This document shows positions 48,866 through 51,703 of a DNA stretch of 51,703 nt, one piece after another. The position numbers and the translations under genes are program-made. The notes under the pieces are model-generated. The model made no database searches, was not told where the DNA came from, and was given only the letters and a program-made list of their open reading frames with translations. Origin of the DNA: Firmicutes bacterium UBA3932 (GTDB lineage Bacteria > Bacillota > Clostridia > Peptostreptococcales > Anaerovoracaceae); the NCBI GenBank assembly GCA_002385825.1, contig DGEG01000105.1, positions 596 to 52,298 of the forward strand, in the 5' to 3' direction. Each line of letters opens with the position of its first letter. Positions within the stretch are counted from its first letter, which is position 1.

Positions 48866-50299
48866 ATGTCTCATGCACAACCCGGGAGGCCTTCCGGCAG
48901 GTCCCAAAATATTTTGTATTTCACTTACGGCATAGGGGGACTTGCCGAAGCCGGTCTCTACCAATATATAACTACATTTCAATTGATTTTCCTCACGGGA
49001 ATCGTTAAGATTTCACCGGAGATAGCCGGTACTATCACCTCCGTTGCCATATTGCTGGAGGCGGCATGCTGTTTCGTTGTTGGTCATCTGTCCGACAGTC
49101 TCAGGTGGCAATATGGCAGAAGGAGACCTTTTATTTTTTTATCGGCTTTTCTTTTGCCTTTTACACTTGTGGCCAATTTTATTACCGTTCAGGCATCCAT
49201 ATGGGTGCAGATTATTTATTATGTCCTGATGGGCTCCCTCTTTTGGATAGCCTATTCTTTGTTTTATATTCCTTATACTGCTCTCGGAGCTGAAATTGCA
49301 TTGGATTATGATGGCAGGACAAAGTTGAGAAGCATAACCCGTGTATTTACTATCATAGGCACTTTTTTAGCCAATGTGTGTCCGCTCCTGGCCATCGGTT
49401 TTCTTATAAAGGCAGGTATGAAGGACGAGCATGCATGGATGATTTTTACCGTTTTCATATCGTTTCTGGTGGGTATAGGTGTTTTTATCTGTTGGCACTA
49501 TACCGCCGGGACTGAGAGGATCGAGATTCCGGGCACTTCCCGGCAAGAGAAATTGAAACTGCAATTATTAAAGCATTTATTATCCATACTAAAGGATTTT
49601 TATGAGTTAATGTGCTTGAAGGCCATGGCTATACTCATTGGCACAAAGATCGTATTCATGTTTGGTTTCACTCTTTATACTTCCGGCATGATGTTCTTTA
49701 TGCAGTATGCTCTCAATTTGGATATACAGGTTACCTCTACAGTTTATATGGTTTCTATCATCTCCAGCATCTTTTTTACGCCTGTTATAAATCATTGGGC
49801 GGTACGAGGGGGAAAAAAGAGCCTTATTTCGGGAGCCATGACCATATCCGGGGTATCGGGGATGATACTTTGGATTATAGGTGTTGATGCTTATTCAATT
49901 TCGCTGATGTATGTCATCCTGTTCACCTTCGGACAGGCAGCATTCTGGCAGATCAGCAGCGCCATGTTCTATGATGTAGCCGAAGTCGATGAGTATGTGA
50001 ACGGGAAAAGGCGGGAAGGAGCCATCATCGCGTTTCAGTCCATTGTAGGCACTCTCAGCGCCGCCCTTGGTCTTCAGGCCATCGGTATTTTGCTGAAGTT
50101 GGCCGGTTTCAACGAAGCCCTTCGCATGCAGTCTGCAGAAACGATAGCAATGCTTAAGAATATTTTCGTTTTGCTTCCCAGCGTATCGCTGCTCATTGCA
50201 ACCCTGACACTTCTTGCCTATCCCCTCAGCAAGAAACGATTTGAACTGCTTCAAAAGGCACTGACACTAAGAAGCAAAGGAGAGGACTACAGGGAGTAA
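48866..50299 (+). CDS. GPH/MFS-family (glycoside-pentoside-hexuronide type) transporter
   Basis: ~12 hydrophobic segments and an N-terminal YFTYGIGGLAEAG motif region. The ATG at 48866 follows GGGAGGA. Substrate unknown. Confidence 0.75.
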   Translation: MSHAQPGRPSGRSQNILYFTYGIGGLAEAGLYQYITTFQLIFLTGIVKISPEIAGTITSVAILLEAACCFVVGHLSDSLRWQYGRRRPFIFLSAFLLPFTLVANFITVQASIWVQIIYYVLMGSLFWIAYSLFYIPYTALGAEIALDYDGRTKLRSITRVFTIIGTFLANVCPLLAIGFLIKAGMKDEHAWMIFTVFISFLVGIGVFICWHYTAGTERIEIPGTSRQEKLKLQLLKHLLSILKDFYELMCLKAMAILIGTKIVFMFGFTLYTSGMMFFMQYALNLDIQVTSTVYMVSIISSIFFTPVINHWAVRGGKKSLISGAMTISGVSGMILWIIGVDAYSISLMYVILFTFGQAAFWQISSAMFYDVAEVDEYVNGKRREGAIIAFQSIVGTLSAALGLQAIGILLKLAGFNEALRMQSAETIAMLKNIFVLLPSVSLLIATLTLLAYPLSKKRFELLQKALTLRSKGEDYRE

Positions 50300-50533
50300 A
50301 AGAGGGAGATCGATAAATGGATTTGATGGCCAATCCCAGCAATCGAAAAGAAGGAGCAATTTTAATTTCAGTAACAATGAAAAAAGGAGCAACGGTTCGG
50401 ATCATATGTTTTTAAGCATGGGAAAATGGTATAAATAACAAAAGATCTTATCACTATCATTAGAGACGATTACCAAAGGTATGATTATTTTAAAAATGCC
50501 AACCAGATTATCTATACGGGAGAGTGATTTTAC

Positions 50534-50761
50534 ATGAAAAAGGTTATAGAAATAAGAGGCATGAGCTGCAGTCATTGTCAGGCAGCCGTTGAAAAAGCTT
50601 TAAACGGCATCGATGGAGTGGATGCTAAGGTAGACTTGAAAAAGAACCGTGCAATTGTGGACTTAAGCAAGGAAATTGATGATGAAACGTTAAAAACCGC
50701 CGTCGAAGAAGCCGGTTATGAAGTGAGCTCTATCTATATAAAGAAGGGACTGTTCAGCTGA
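50534..50761 (+). CDS. copZ: Heavy-metal-associated (HMA) copper chaperone-like protein
   Basis: GMSCSHC metal-binding motif in a 75-aa ferredoxin-like fold. Confidence 0.85.
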   Translation: MKKVIEIRGMSCSHCQAAVEKALNGIDGVDAKVDLKKNRAIVDLSKEIDDETLKTAVEEAGYEVSSIYIKKGLFS

Positions 50762-50767
50762 TAAAGA

Positions 50768-50794
50768 AGCAGCACGCTGAGAGTGCTGCTTTTT
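50768..50794. terminator. Bidirectional intrinsic terminator between copZ and ychF
   Basis: 8-bp stem AGCAGCAC/GTGCTGCT with a 7-nt loop, T-run on the + strand and a T-rich flank on the - strand. Confidence 0.8.
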
Positions 50795-50839
50795 AAATTG
50801 GTATGAATATATGATGCTGGTTGCTGATGTACTCGTAGG

Positions 50840-51703
50840 TTAAACATTGAATAGAAAGTGCATAACATCTCCGTCCTTGACCTCATAATCCTTTCCTTCG
50901 GAACGGACCAGACCCTTTTCTTTTGCTGCCGTAAAGCTCCCGCACTCCACCAGCTTGTCATAAGCAATGGTTTCTGCCCGGATGAAACCTCTCTCAAAGT
51001 CTGAATGAATCTTTCCCGCAGCCTGAGGAGCTTTAGTGCCTCGGGTGATCGTCCATGCGCGCACTTCCTTTTCGCCTGCTGTGAGGAAAGAAATCAGGTT
51101 CAGCAGCTTGTAGGACGCTTTGACGAGCTTGTCCAGACCGGATTCTGAGATTCCCAAATCCTCCAGGAAGGCCGCTTTTTCCTCGTCGTCCAAATCAGCC
51201 ATTTCCGCTTCCAGCTTTGCACAGAGGACCACGACTCCCGATCCTTCTTTTTCCGCATAGTCTCGAACTTGCCTGACGTAGTCGTTCTCAACCCCGTCTA
51301 CCACCATGTCTTCCGAGACGTTTGCAACGTAGATGACGGGCTTGTAGGTTAACAGGTTAAGTGATTTTACAAATGCAAGGTCTTCTTTGTCAAATGAGAT
51401 GGACCTGGCGGTAATGCCGCCTTCCAACGCTTCTTTGATACGCATCAGGATATTCAGCTCAGCCTGTAGCCCTTTGTCTCCTTTCAGGTCTTTCCTGGTT
51501 TTTTCGATTCTTCGCTCGAGGAACTCAAGGTCCGAGAAAATCAATTCCAGATTGATAGTTTCGATGTCGGAAAGAGGGGAGACTTTGCCGTCTACGTGCA
51601 CCACATTCGGGTCATCGAAACAGCGGACCACATGAACGACGGCAGCAACTTCGCGAATATGCCCTAAAAATTTATTGCCCAATCCTTCACCTTGGGATGC
51701 GCC
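50840..51703 (-). CDS. ychF: Ribosome-binding ATPase YchF, N-terminal part lies outside the window
   Basis: The ORF stays open to the window end (GASQGEGLGNKFLGHIREV...). The C-terminal TGS-like domain ends ...DGDVMHFLFNV. Confidence 0.93.
   Translation of the reverse strand, partial: GASQGEGLGNKFLGHIREVAAVVHVVRCFDDPNVVHVDGKVSPLSDIETINLELIFSDLEFLERRIEKTRKDLKGDKGLQAELNILMRIKEALEGGITARSISFDKEDLAFVKSLNLLTYKPVIYVANVSEDMVVDGVENDYVRQVRDYAEKEGSGVVVLCAKLEAEMADLDDEEKAAFLEDLGISESGLDKLVKASYKLLNLISFLTAGEKEVRAWTITRGTKAPQAAGKIHSDFERGFIRAETIAYDKLVECGSFTAAKEKGLVRSEGKDYEVKDGDVMHFLFNV

Noticed and set aside
50385-50405. tRNA-like GGTTCGGATC T-arm-like string.
   Set aside because: No acceptor stem, anticodon arm or D-arm can be drawn around it.
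50455-50500. CsoR/CopY-type operator upstream of copZ (TACC-aaa-GGTA).
   Set aside because: It is only a 4-bp inverted repeat with no G-tract or TACAnnTGTA box, which is indistinguishable from chance.

Overview
This is a chromosomal segment from a spore-forming, Clostridia-like Firmicute. That placement rests on spoIIM, a T-box leader, and the gene orders rplS-rbgA-rnhB, plsX-rnc-smc-ftsY and tig-clpP-clpX-lon-engB. I call about 52 protein genes, mostly housekeeping and mostly on the + strand: citrate synthase (5'-partial), proB/proC, nudF, xerD-like, valS-folC, metY, mnmA, hpt-pduL-deoC, a GPH/MFS transporter, copZ and ychF (partial). I found no rRNA, tRNA, CRISPR array, transposase, integrase cassette or recognisable defence system. 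The only accessory-looking block is a ~9.6 kb type IV pilus (T4P) locus at 1435-11035. It has three minor pilins on the minus strand, diverging from pilA - second pilin - pilMN fusion - pilO - pilD - pilB - pilC on the plus strand. The most interesting signals are all in that locus. (i) A consensus sigma-A promoter, a GEMM-I (c-di-GMP-I) riboswitch-like aptamer and an intrinsic terminator sit immediately upstream of the major pilin gene. (ii) The N-terminus of PilB carries two tandem 24-residue MshEN-type c-di-GMP-binding motifs separated by exactly 5 residues, which suggests c-di-GMP control at two levels. (iii) A 350-aa GspK/PilX-like minor pilin lacks Glu+5 and ends in two CBM5/12-like (GDxVxYNGxxY) repeats, so it may be a tip adhesin. 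A Val T-box leader precedes valS. I cannot support a wholly new system from sequence reading alone. All family assignments come from motif recognition by eye and need HMM/CM searches to confirm.
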